DNA of 64,000 nt from Phoronis australis. Taxonomy: Eukaryota; Animalia; Phoronida. The DNA lies in NCBI GenBank assembly GCA_002633005.1, contig NMRA01000331.1, positions 404,267 through 468,266 of the forward strand, given 5' to 3'. The position numbers and the translations under genes are program-made. Every line of letters starts with the position of its first letter. Position 1 is the stretch's first letter. The notes under the pieces are model-generated. The model was not told where the DNA came from. It worked only from the letters and a program-made list of their open reading frames with translations, and did not search any database. Of this stretch, positions 1 to 12,153 are shown piece after piece.

Positions 1-458
1 ACAGCTTGCAACCGCATGCCTTTACCATTCACCAGTGTCTGGTCTCGATCCGCACCGGGTCCGATAGGCTGCGGTCCCGAGCCGGTCAGTCCGGCAAAAT
101 AATTTCTGTCAAAATTTATTCGCCACATGTCTTCAGCAAATTCGATAAAATTGTCCGTATTTTGATTTTATTAAAATTAAGGCGCGCTGTCGATTATTTT
201 ATCCCCATTTGCAACCTGGTAAGAGGCACTCGTCCATTCACACTGACGGTGTTGTCTTAGCCTGGGTTCCTGAATGAATTGTACTTCCGGGTTCGTGGTA
301 AATTCAAAATGGCGGTGGTTCTTCGGGAGTGGCGCGTTCATTTAAACTTTTTCCGAGTACGGATCGTGTATTAGTTATGGGTTAAGTACTTCTTGGATCC
401 TTATAACATCCTCTAACCATATAATAAGGGTTAACAACGTGCCACACCAGGACTTTAA
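1..458. mobile_element. Terminal fragment of a TTAA-ending DNA transposon (Kolobok/piggyBac-like), copy 1
   Basis: Aligns end to end with 12823-13283; similarity stops in both copies at ...ACCAGG(A/T)CT|TTAA. Confidence 0.7.
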
Positions 459-1170
459 GGGCGATGAAGGAGGTTGTTTCACTGTTGACATATGTAAATT
501 ATCGATTTCAGGGTTCAGGACAGAGTTTTGTTTCATCCCTTATAGGTGGCATCAGTTCTCAACAACAATTCGAATTCTTAGCCACCAGTCGCCGCCTCTT
601 TCCTCTAGACTAATGGCAGTTCATGGCAGCCAGAAAATACATCATATTCACAGTGACCTTCAAATCATGCTTCACGGCATATGAATAATGCCAGTTTCAC
701 ATTCATGTGAATCGAAAATGACATTTCACACAACACAAAAATCCTCACCCCTTTCAGCTTTACTAAATATCTGTGTTTTGACTTGTTTGATTTGATTCTG
801 TCTGCTACTTCTCCGAGAAGATGGTTTGTTTGGAATAAACTGAAATGTTGGATATATGTCAATCTTCACCTGTGCGCTTGTGATTAGACTTTTACTGAAT
901 CTACGTATGGATTTCTCCATAAATTCTCAGGACATGTCGAGCATTATGGGGCAACTGAACTATTGCTTTCAAGTTTATAACTAGCACCTATAAGTAGTCA
1001 ATGTCATTTGATTCAATGCTGCAAATTGATGGATCATGTCTTCATAGATTGCATTATTTTCCTTGGCATATTATTGACTACATACAACAGTACTATGTTA
1101 CAAGTCTTGTTTTGAAAAAGTGTGTTTTGCCGGTAACTGACAAAATTAAAAAAATATATATTAAAAAACT

Positions 1171-1185
1171 TATTTCTTTTTCCAG
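1171..1185 (+). promoter_or_regulatory. 3' splice acceptor of a 5'-UTR intron of XPNPEP1
   Basis: Polypyrimidine tract plus CAG (tatttctttttccag), 7 nt before the ATG at 1193. Confidence 0.7.
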
Positions 1186-1192
1186 CTTCATC

Positions 1193-3052
1193 ATGTCTGC
1201 CAAGAGCACAACTCATGTGATACGGAAGTTGAGAGGTCTTATGAAGAATGGCAACTTTGTCAACGAACATATCCACGCTTACATCATACCCTCAGGAGAT
1301 AATCACCAGAGTGAATACATTGCTCCTTGTGATTGCCGTCAGGAGTATGTCACCAGATTCAGCGGTTCAGCGGGTACTGCCATCGTGACAGACTTGCATG
1401 CCGCCTTGTGGACGGATGGGAGATACTTCCTCCAGGCTGAAAAGCAGTTGGATGAAAACTGGACGCTAATGAAAGAGGGTCTTAAAGAGACACTGTCGAA
1501 AGAAGACTGGCTTGGCAAGATGCTTCCACCAGGTGGCCGTGTTGGCGTGGACCCTCAACTCTTGTCATTTGAGTCATGGGAGACTTTGTCAGAATCGTTA
1601 AAATCTAACGGACACCTTTTAGTGCCAGTGTCCCAAAATCTTGTTGACGTCTTCTGGGATGACAGACCCAATCAGCCATACAGCCCATTAATGGTCCTAC
1701 CTGAGAAATACACTGGTAAATCATGGCAAGAAAAAGTGAAACTAGTACAGGAAAAGATGAGCGAAAAAGACGCATCCTTGCTTTTTCTCAGTGCCTTAGA
1801 TGAAATTGCTTGGCTTCTTAACTTACGGGGTTCGGATATCGACTACAATCCTGTCTTTATGTCATATGCTATTGTCACACTGGATTCCGTATGGTTTTTC
1901 ATAGATGAGAATAAGTTAGACAGTGGAGTGGTATCCCACTTGGGATTAAAAAATGCCAACAATGATCAACTTGTGAAAGTTCACATTCATCCTTATGAGG
2001 CTACCAAAGAAAAATTCGATGAGCTTCAAGGGAGAACCAGTGGGAGAGTTTGGGTTAGCAGTAAGTCCAGTTATGCTTTTGTGAGTGCTACATCAAAGAA
2101 GCGACGAATAACTATTGCGACACCCGTTGGCATGATGAAGGCCGTCAAGAACTCTGTGGAAATTGAAGGGATGAAGCGTGCCCATGTCAAAGATGCTGTA
2201 ACGCTGTGCCAATTCTTTGCATGGCTGGAAAAGGAGGTCCACAAGGGAACAGTCACTGAAATGTCTGCTGCTACGAAGCTGGAACAATTAAAGCAAGGCC
2301 AGGAGAACTATGTAAGTCTGAGCTTTCCCACCATATCCAGTGTAGGTGCCAATGCTGCTGTGATTCACTACTCTCCCACAAAAGAAACGGACACCACTGT
2401 TACTTGTGATCGGGTTTATCTCTGTGACTCTGGTGCCCAGTATCTTGATGGAACAACAGATGTAACTCGCACTATGCACTTCGGAACGCCATCCTCACAT
2501 GAGCAGGAGTGCTTTACAAGAGTTCTTAAAGGTATGATTCGCCTCAACACCGTCACATTTCCAAATGGGGTCAGGGGTCATCTTCTTGACTCACTTGCTC
2601 GGACATCGCTATGGGAAGTTGGTTTAGACTACATGCACGGCACTGGCCATGGAGTAGGTGCATTCCTCAATGTCCACGAGGGACCTTGCGGTATAAGTCC
2701 AAAGAGAGTACACGCCAATGATGTGCCCCTCGAAGAAGGGATGATTCTTTCCAATGAACCTGGATACTACGAAGACGGTCATTTTGGAATCCGAATTGAG
2801 AATCTTATGTTATGTATCAAGGCAGAGACCAGGTTCAACTTTGCCAACAAAGGCTTTCTTACCTTTGAACCCATCACACTGGTTCCTATTCAGATGAAGA
2901 TGTTGGTGCCCTCGATGTTGACGCAAGAAGAGATCGACTGGCTGAATACATACCATGAGAGATGTAGAGAAGAAGTGGGTGCCGAACTCCAAGCACAGGG
3001 TCACCAACAGGCACTTGAGTGGTTACTCAGGGAAACGGAGTCATTGGGATAA
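1193..3052 (+). CDS. XPNPEP1: Xaa-Pro aminopeptidase 1 (cytosolic aminopeptidase P, M24B family), 619 aa, entire CDS in one exon
   Basis: ORF 1001-3052. Homology starts at MSAKSTT (ATG 1193), with the motifs [64 protein letters not shown] and [17 protein letters not shown]; all five metal ligands (D, D, H, E, E) are present. The upstream 64 codons are AT-rich and end in the splice acceptor tatttctttttccag (1171-1185). Confidence 0.96.
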   Translation: MSAKSTTHVIRKLRGLMKNGNFVNEHIHAYIIPSGDNHQSEYIAPCDCRQEYVTRFSGSAGTAIVTDLHAALWTDGRYFLQAEKQLDENWTLMKEGLKETLSKEDWLGKMLPPGGRVGVDPQLLSFESWETLSESLKSNGHLLVPVSQNLVDVFWDDRPNQPYSPLMVLPEKYTGKSWQEKVKLVQEKMSEKDASLLFLSALDEIAWLLNLRGSDIDYNPVFMSYAIVTLDSVWFFIDENKLDSGVVSHLGLKNANNDQLVKVHIHPYEATKEKFDELQGRTSGRVWVSSKSSYAFVSATSKKRRITIATPVGMMKAVKNSVEIEGMKRAHVKDAVTLCQFFAWLEKEVHKGTVTEMSAATKLEQLKQGQENYVSLSFPTISSVGANAAVIHYSPTKETDTTVTCDRVYLCDSGAQYLDGTTDVTRTMHFGTPSSHEQECFTRVLKGMIRLNTVTFPNGVRGHLLDSLARTSLWEVGLDYMHGTGHGVGAFLNVHEGPCGISPKRVHANDVPLEEGMILSNEPGYYEDGHFGIRIENLMLCIKAETRFNFANKGFLTFEPITLVPIQMKMLVPSMLTQEEIDWLNTYHERCREEVGAELQAQGHQQALEWLLRETESLG

Positions 3053-4807
3053 AAACCAATAATTTCTTCCATTTATGAAGCACAGAGGATAGCTTTTTGC
3101 AACAGAAATGAATTGTAACCTTGCTTTTGGAGATGAACAGTGCAATTGTTATACAACTATTAATAAGTAGAACAATGTAGAAGGGGTGGCTGGCGAATGT
3201 GTATTTTTTAAAAATCAGGATCGCATTCCCTAGAGCAAGTATGTTTCAGAAGTTCAAGATTACAAGACAAAGATATGCATAACAACGGAAGCATACTATC
3301 ACACTTGCGCTAGCTTAACTTGCGATTGTATTGCGTGTACGTAATGGGTCCCACTTTCCACTTCAAAGTTGTCTATTCCATGGCATATCCACTGTACTAA
3401 TAACGCACACGCTTAAGACTCCCGGCCAGGTGCGGAGGGTTCCTCTATTAGCATTTTCCCAACTAAGTGAACTATTTTCAACTGACTTCTTCCATTTAGA
3501 ACAAGGGACAAAATTTTGTTTGAACAGGATTTCTCAATAGGGTGGTCTAAGCGGTGCGTAGCAGAGCATTGCAAACTAGTGGCAACTGAGGGGGTGGAAT
3601 TGGTGACAACAGGTGAGGCGTGGAACTGGTGGCAACTTGTTGTAAGGGTCCCTTAGAGGTGGTCAAGGTTCAGTCACAGAATCTCCTGATGTTCCCTAGT
3701 ACAGCCACAAACCACTGTGCTGGCTTTGGTTGCAGTTTTTGTAAGTTGCGGTTGTACAAGAAATTTGATGAAAGTGTAAAATGTGCGACCTTCATATAGT
3801 TAAATACTATACACAAATTGTAAAATAATCATCCTCTGTCTTGTTCACCTTTCGTGCACAAGAAATAGCTACCAAAATTTGTCTATACAGAGACCACCTT
3901 CAAAACTGAGCCTGGCTTCTGTTTCCACTTCCACCAGATTAAGCTTTAGGGGCTGTCTCGTTTCTAAATCAGCATTGAAGTACAAACTCGGTCTTTTCAC
4001 GAATCACGACATTTTGGTTCCAGTGACCGCATAGCAAGAAATTTTCCGCGAAAACGCGGACTTCCGCTTTTTTCTTTTATCCCCTACTTGTATTTTCGTT
4101 ATATTTCCGCGGAAAAAATCGGATTTGCCTTAAAATTATTGCCAAAAATTGGTTTCTCAACGCGGCGTTGCCGACGACTCGAAAACTGGAAACTGCTCTT
4201 TGTGTTTCGGAAGAGCGAAAACTGCACTTGCAGATCACAGACGCTCGAATATAACGATGACTCATAACCACGTAATAAGGAACATATTGTCTTAGTAGTG
4301 AGTGACGTCAGCGGCAAACGAGGAACAAATAAATTCAAGCGCCTGTGCCTGGGATAGCGTGGTTCATCAATGGCGTCTGCATTTGGTCTAAAGTCGCGGT
4401 GACAAATAGTGCGATTCTGCGGTCAAAAATGTTGGAGCGTGGAGTAGACAGATTATTTCGTGGAAAAAAGTGGATAAAAGAAACGATGAATGTCTTAACA
4501 AACAACATAAGTCCAGGTTTGTGCTCTGTATTAACTTTGAGAGAGGAACAATTACAGAGTGCTTGGTCGAGTCGCCTTGGACTAAGGTGGAATCGGAGGA
4601 CCGACTGAAAACGATGAAATGCTAGAAATAACAACGCTTCCTGAAACGAAATTCAACTGTAACCGGTTGTTCATTGGATTGGAATCGTGGCATGTGAGTG
4701 ATGTATGAAATTCTTCTGTTTGATCCCACATGCACGCCCGTTGCCGTTGGCTGCTAGTGCTAGGCCTGACCTTCTGAGTGCGATTTTCTACGTGCCGCCG
4801 AAACGGG

Positions 4808-6198
4808 ATAGGGCATTGGAACTTCGTCGTGGTAACAGTGGTGGATGCTGCTGAGTGGCGTTTCTCTCGAGCAGCTTCGAGTCTCTTACAGCGGTCATCC
4901 TCAAAACTGGCAGTTGCTTTTCGAATCGTGGCTCGCCACTTAGGTCTCTCTCCTGCAACAGCTTTCAGCTCCTTGGGTTTGATGTTGCACCACTTCAGGT
5001 TGGCTTTGACGGTGTCTTTGTAGCGAAGGCGAGGGCGTCCTTGCTTCCTTCTCCCAGTCTTCAGCTCGCCATACAAAAGCTGGTGAGGCACCCTCCATCC
5101 TGATGATGTGCCCCACCCATCGCAGTTGGGCCTTGAGTAGCATCGCTTCAATGCTGATTGACTGGGCACGTTCTAGGACCTCAAGGTTGGTGATTCGGTC
5201 CTGCCATCGGATTCCTAGGATGGAGCGAAGATAACACATGTGGAAGCTCTCAAGCTTCTTGATGTGCCTGCGGTAGAGGGTCCATGACTCGCAGCTATAG
5301 AGCAGAGAGGTCAGGACCACTGAACAATACACCTTCAGTTTAGTAGACAGGCGGATGTTGTGTTCGTTAAGCACCCGTGTTCTCAGTCTTCGGAGTGCTT
5401 GGCTCGCCTTGCTTATCCTGGAAGCAATCTCTTTGTCTAAGCTGCCATCTTTTAAGATGACGCTCCCCAGGTATTTGAAGTGCTCCACATTGAGGAGTTG
5501 CTTGTTGTCGATGGTAATGACTGGCTCCGGGGGATTGGTGTTGGGTGCAGGTTGAAGAAGCACTTCTGTCTTGCCGAGGCTTATGGTCAAGCCGAATTCT
5601 TTGGAAGCATTCGAGAAGCTGTCCAGCATGAGTTGTAGGTCATTCTCTTTGTGGGAAAGGAGCGCACAATCATCCGCAAAAAGGGCATCCTGGATTAGTT
5701 TTTCCAGACACTTGATGAATCACACAACAAACCTGTGCGTGATGGTTTTTAAAGTGGTAAAGCCGTTGCACTGGGGCAATCCCACTCTCTCGGCTGAGGA
5801 AACCTTGATCGAGTGGCACAGAAAACTGTTACGGCTGGAGGTTACCCTTGCTGCAGTGGATGACCATGACTTCTTTAGTGCCTCGTCGTGCTCTGAGCGC
5901 TCCACGGCGCTTGTTGAAACCGCCGTCTTGACCGTTGGACCACTGGGGGTCTCATCCGCTCAGTCTGCCGGAGCCAGTCTTCACATGCTAGGGTAGGCAG
6001 TCCCCAACTCACCGAGGGTTTGAGACCCGTCGGTTACCCTCAACCTGGTTTAGCCCGCCTGTCGAAGCGGTGTCCCGGGGTGTGGCCGCTGCGCATGCTA
6101 CAGCTACTTGGAGCCACAGGTGAGAGCTGAGGACAGGTGGGGACCAAAGGTGGACGAAATACCGCCGAAGGAGTACGACAAGCCCCCCACCAGAGGTG
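4808..6198 (-). mobile_element. RTE-clade LINE, internally deleted and 3'-truncated (5' UTR fused to C-terminal RT region)
   Basis: 5716-4808 encodes IQDALFADDCAL...FGLTISLGKTEV...FKYLGS...TKLKVYCSVVLTSLLYSCESWTLY...AQLRWVGHIIRM / LLYGELKTGRRKQGRPRLRYKD...FQCP with a frameshift near 5090. 6198-5717 is a GC-rich, structured, RTE-type 5' UTR. The endonuclease and most of the RT are missing. Confidence 0.9.
6037..6188 (-). ncRNA. Putative HDV-like self-cleaving ribozyme at the 5' end of the RTE element
   Basis: Manual pairing on the minus strand: P1 GGGG(cu)UGU/ACACCCC; P2 CUCACCUG/CAGGU(U)GAG; P3 GGC/GCC; L3 starting UCC, able to pair with the P1.1 GG; P4 CCGCUU-CGAC-AGGCGG; J4/2 GCUAA with the catalytic-type C. 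Confidence 0.5.
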
Positions 6199-9099
6199 TA
6201 TATAATAAGTATTGCATAAAACTGTGTCTTTATTTTTTATTCTTAGCCGTAACAATTCTTTAAACGCATCACTTTTCTGCAAAATATACAAGTTTTTTTG
6301 AGACAATTTCAAACCTTTGTTACACATTTTCAAGCCTTTTTAATTTTGATACATTCAGCAATTTTAAACTCCGATTACAGGTTCATGGGTCTGTCAAGAA
6401 TACTTCTAGTCTAAGGTTTAGGGAACCGTTTCTCAGACTTTTAATTTTTCTTCTAATAGAAGATATGAAGACTTGGGTCATTTAAAAATGATGATTAATC
6501 TTTCTGTTGTTTAAGAGTAATTACAAATCGTAAGGCACCATCAAAAAATGCAATTTTCACAAAAATGGCAGTCATTTGAATTTATAACGACTTGCAGCAT
6601 TTCAAAGCATGAGTTAAGACTATTCAGTCACTGTGAATTCAGAAAATGTTATATCTTTTCACGGGTTTACAATTGATACAAGTAGCAAAACAGTTTCAAG
6701 AAATCAACTTGAAGGGACTTCATGAAGGTTAAAAATTAGCTCACCATGCTCTTTTCCCCAAACATGTATTACCTGTTATTTCCACAAATTCAGTTGTACC
6801 AAATATTACAACCCCAACCCCCCATGCCAATCCCCCGCTAAGGACCTGAATAAGTAAATTAACAAAATAACTTACATACCTTTCTTTAAAAATAGCTGTT
6901 CCTTTTCAAAGGCTTTGTTCGTTGCCTCCAATATTGAAAGTAGGCTTTGACAAAAGATCTGCACTGGATGGGAAGATCTTGTTAGTTAGCTGCAGTCAAA
7001 TGCTAAAAACCAATTTTTGTCCATTTAGGGACGGTGCAGAAGCGATGCATATCTCCTCTGCACGGTACAAGCCCTCAAACCTAAAAACCAAAGGTTACGT
7101 GAAAACAGACGTGATAGATTTCCATTTCAACGTGTAATAGATTTCCAGAAGACATATGATAAGGAGTAAACAAATAGTCTAATGCAATGGATATTTGTCA
7201 TGTACCCCGCTTTGCCAGTAGGCTTGGATTGTAATGTTAACTCATTAACCTGTATCAAGTTGACAGCATAAACAATCAGCATTGATTGATGTAACTGTCT
7301 CTGATAAACTGTTAGAAATCATTCCAAACAATAATAATGCTTTAATGTACGAAAAGATCCCGACCGCTACGTCAAGTATCGTCACAACAAACAAAGTATT
7401 ACAACAAACAAAGATCAACCCGACTCGCGACTGCCGCGAAGTCGACATCGGCGAGTACCTCAGTTAACAAGCATTGGTAGAATAACCATGGAATAATCGT
7501 TAAAATAATCACAAACCTTACCTTTGTGTAAGGTCGTGCTTACTTCCTCTCATAGAAGCACCCTTTTCACGCAATCTCAGATTCAGTTGGCACGGCTGCA
7601 AGACATTTCACCATGTATTTAAAGGGCTCGCGAAATTGAGGCTGTTAATCTATCACCACTAGTACACGTGCGCCCTCTAGTTATTGTAGATTTTCCGAAT
7701 AGCCCAAAGTAAGCCTAATACCAGAGATGAGGATGCCGTGACGGCTCGCCGATTCCCCGCGTGCCGCTAGGTGGTAGCCAGCATGCAGGTAGCAGTCGCA
7801 GTAGCACGCGCTTTATCACTGGTTGATGTAACCTCGACAGTCATTAGTTAGCTTTACAACAAAGTGAGAAAATAGCGGACTATGGACGATTTTTAGTCTT
7901 GTCCGTGCAAGTGGCGTAGCAGCAACTATTTTGTTTCTGCATTAGCCCTAATGTTTAATAGCCGCGTGCTCAGAAGCACATGTACAATAAACACGCCGTC
8001 ATCTGGTCAATTTTACTAGTGTGTTATTCATACTGTATAAATACAGGACAGTAGGCCTAACGTAAACAAAAGCCAGGAAGATGCAATCCGAAAGGCGCAA
8101 CCACAATTTTCTGGGATTCACATTTCTTGAACATGAATTTTAAGCACCCAATTTGTCTGTACAACAGACCACATTTACACTTCCTCCATCAGTCATGTCA
8201 GTTTGTTTGGGTAAAGTGCTGCTTGTTGAGAAATTGACCAGCCAATCAGAAACGCCGGTGTAAAAAAAAATCCCGAGGAAAATTAAGTGATCATACCAGG
8301 CTTGCTGGCTACCACTCAGCGTCACGCAGGGAACCAGCGAGACCGTGACGGTTGCTCGCAAAAATGGGACTTATTTCGGATGTAATATGATCCAAAACGT
8401 TCTCCTCGTTACTTCTTGCCAAACTTTCAAATCAGGCGTGCTTAAATGAGCGATTACACCTTCTCGGTCAGAAATATTTAGTCGGAGATTAACTTAATGA
8501 AACTTTTTATCTAGTCATATTTTTCCGTGTTAACGTTATTGCATTTTAAACAATTTGGAGTGGGAATATTGATGAATTATCAACCACGATAGTCATCTAA
8601 TCCAATGATGCCAAGGTCGCATCCTTTCACAGCGCGACTGAAAAGTTTAGGGCCGCTGCGCCTGAACCTCACCCACCGGAACCACGCACAGGCGGGTCGA
8701 AATCAAATGTAGTTAGCAGGCTACCCAGTCCCTGCCAGTCTTCACATAGTCAGTGAGCCCCATTCAATCTTCTTAAATTTAAAACCGTTGGTCGCCGCAC
8801 CCCGTACCCGTGCCCCAGATATTGCCACTAATTGAGATTGAGTCGTTAATTAAATTCAAGTATCACGATTGGCAGTGATTGGAACCGATCTCAACAATGA
8901 AATCAGTGTATTAAGAACTAGTCAACTTTTTGCACACCCTTTTACACGGTTACTAAATGGACACAAATACAATAAATTATTCACGTTTGTTACGACTCAT
9001 TAGCAGACGATCAGAGTAATGAACTGTTTGGCTCAGTAGTTTGAGGTCTGGACTTCTGTTTGAGAGAGACCCGAGTAAAAAAAGTAACTGTCGGAGTTC

Positions 9100-9216
9100 T
9101 GGTTCTGGAATTGTGGACATTCGAAATAGTGAATTTTCGAAGGTGGCAAACCTTCGGAGTAGTGAAGCTTCAGAGTAGTGAAACTTCGGAGTAGCGCACC
9201 TTCGGAATTGTGGCAT
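9100..9216. repeat. Short tandem array of ~16-bp units (TTCGGAGTAGTGAAnC), probably a transposon subterminal repeat
   Basis: ttcggagtagtgaagc / ttcagagtagtgaaac / ttcggagtagcgcacc / ttcggaattgtggca, with degenerate upstream units. Confidence 0.7.
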
Positions 9217-9226
9217 CTAACCTTGG

Positions 9227-9470
9227 CAGTGTCAGATCTACATTTTCAGTAAGGGGTACTTTGTGGGAGGTAGGATTCGCCTGAATCCGAGGCGCGTAGC
9301 GCCGAGCGTAGGGAAGGTCGGGAAGGAGTTCCCCCTCCTGTGTAAGATTTTGTGTGGTTTTTGGTACCTAATTTTGTTTTCCTGGTGACATTTTTTTAAT
9401 TTTAATTTTTGATCCTCTCCCGAGGGGAGCGTTTGAACCCCCCGAACACCCCTTCGCAGACCCGCCTCTG
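9227..9470. mobile_element. Non-autonomous TIR element (CAG...CTG termini) with 5-bp TSD CTTGG (hAT5-like)
   Basis: Left CAGTGTCAGATCT, right AGACCCGCCTCTG; CTTGG at 9222-9226 and 9471-9475. Confidence 0.7.
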
Positions 9471-11925
9471 CTTGGAAATCTTTTCTATCTGGTTGCTCGC
9501 ATGAAGTGTGTGAGGCTGTGCACCATTGACACTAATGACAAGAGAAGTCTATCTCCATTGACCAGAATTTTTATTGGGTCTAGACCTACTCCCCCCAAAT
9601 GTGAACGTGCTCTTCGGTGTTTTGTCAGAGCAAGCAAACACGGTTATAGTTAAATTCAGGTTTTTGAGTAATGACGGAGGGCTGTCTATAACTTACCGTC
9701 GGCTTCTACTGAATTTGAAAAGACGAAAACCCACATACGTGTACACGAATGTCAATCCACCAATCCACTCTCGAATTGGACACTATATGACGAAAAACAT
9801 ACCTGTATTTTACAAACATTTTCAATTCCAAATTTGGAAACACGTACCCTTTACCGTACTTTGCTAGCAAGCAATATGAGATAACAAACCTATTTTCTGC
9901 TATTTTGCTTCATTGTCGATTTTAAGACATTCACACCGCAATGTGACTTTGGGAGCTATTTCGTTGCTATATAGCTTAGCTAGGTATAGACATTTACTTC
10001 TAGACTCCTTTGTTTCCCTTCGGTGTAACCACCACGTGTGTTCAATGCTGATGAGTAACATAAAGCCTCCTCTAATCGTATGCACGATCCTGTCATGTAC
10101 GCAAATACCACTCGGGCGATGTGGGCCGGGTAACGCACGGCTCGATGATAACATGAAGCGCTTTGAATCAGAAGCAAATTCAAAATTATTACTAACTTAG
10201 TTAACAATTGTGGTTAGTAGTACCAGTAGCTGCATCAATTTTTTGTTGTCCATCTGTATCATATCTTTAACGGATAGGCTGGGGCTGGAACTCCCCCTGG
10301 CTACGGGCCTGCGTCGACACTGTAGAGTTTTCGGCTAGGCCTTTGACGCAGCTCAATTAGGGAGAAGGGAAATCTGTATACACAACGATAATTCAGCTAT
10401 TTTCATTAGAGGAGACGGAATTTGTAATACCAGAAATGAGGATGTTGTGACGGTTGTGTTGAGTGATAGCTTAAGCATAGTTAGTTTATTTAGTTTCCAA
10501 TAGTGGGGGCGCTGGCCTACGTGTTTTGTCTGTCTGTTACGTCCTCAATAAAGGTCAAGTTTAGAACTTAAAGTCCTACTCTCAAACTGCCCATGTTGTT
10601 CCAGTATCCGAAAATACTTACTACATAAAATCTTATTTTCGACACCCTTTCTTTATATTCTTTTCGCCTTTCTTGCCAAAAGCGATTTTTAATAGTATTT
10701 GACCCTTCTCTGAGCGTATAATTACCGGTTGTCATCGGTTATTTCCGTACCCACATTTCCGGCTCATCAGTTCAGGAACTTGTCCTGAAAGCCGCCATGT
10801 GCTATCGCTTGCTCGAAAAGTCTTCATTATTTTGTTTTATTAGTAATATCTCGTGATTCGTTTGCATATGTAGTGTGTAGTTTTTAGTTAGTGGTCGTTG
10901 AATTTTTTTGGAATGTTACGCGTACTTATGTTAAAATAGCATTGATGTTTAATTCCTTACGTAGGCCGGTCTAACCTAGGAACCAATTTTTGATTTTTTC
11001 TCGTTTTGAAAAAGTATTTTGCTACCATCGGAAAGTCAGTGCATTCTACTCAGTAAAAATAGTTAAAAGTATCAAAAGCGGGACAAGCAGTGTAAAGTTA
11101 TTGCAAGTTTTGTGGCGAAATTTGGGTCACTTTGTTTGGATCGCGTCGGCCATATTGGAGGACAGCGGAATAAGTTACGATTTGTGTAAATTGTTTTCGC
11201 CAACAAATTACGGTGAAATTTAGTTAGACATATCTTTACTTACTATTCTGCACGACTCAACAGTGTTCATCAAATTTCAGCCTCGCAGTTGTTACTCATT
11301 AAGTAATAAATGTGCTCACAATTCCCGTTGGACTTCGTCTCATTTCTGGCGGCACCGACAACATGGCGACTTTTGCTGAACTGAAAGGCATGTTCAATCG
11401 GCTACTTTGTAATTTGTGGAGATTTAACGTTGATATATTTTGACAAACGTTGCTACAAAAAAAGGAACATTGTTCAATTTTCCTGTTTTTTGTGCAAAAT
11501 ATAACATATATTCGAATTATTTTACTGTGAATTTCCCATTCAGGTGATCTTACACTAAGCTAAAAAAATAGTTGAAATAATTTTGAAATGGTTTTTTGTT
11601 TGACTGTCAACTGCTGTTCAAGACTTGATTTGGTGTCACAAAATGATTCATATTTTTCTAAATTTTAAGTCTCAATTGCTTTCAAGTCATATTTTGTAGC
11701 TTATTGCTTCTTAATTCAGGTTATCAAGTCAACAATATGAATAATCTGAATTTGGGAAATAAGCTATGTTGGATTGTGAAGCTTCAAGCCTATAATTCTT
11801 GCTCCTTGCTACTTCATATTTTTTAATCATGCTTGTCAAATTCTGGTGTAAGGAAACACTATTTGGTCACCATGGTAATAGTTACAGGTAAGTGCACTAT
11901 CACAACATCGAAACTTATGCTGTTG

Positions 11926-12153
11926 CATGCGCGCACCCAGGGGGGCTCGAATGAGCCCCCATTTGGCAAAGTTGGCAAAAAGGACAGCCCCCGAGAGACA
12001 AAAAGCCCAGAAATGGGAGAAAAGCCCACTAAAGAAGCGCAAACGCGCAATTGACAGTGGTGCTTTTTTTAGTCCGCCCACTCTTTTTTTTAGCAAAAGT
12101 CCCACATCGCCGGGAATTCGAGCCCCCCATATTGAAGGCTGGGTGCGCGCATG
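11926..12153. mobile_element. MITE with perfect 15-bp TIR CATGCGCGCACCCAG and ~5-bp TSD
   Basis: TIRs at 11926-11940 and 12139-12153; flanks tgttg/tgatg; related to 52265-52523. Confidence 0.8.

Noticed and set aside
1001-1192. 64-aa N-terminal extension of the XPNPEP1 ORF
   Set aside because: AT-rich, no resemblance to aminopeptidase P, and ends in a splice acceptor; best read as intron that happens to be open.
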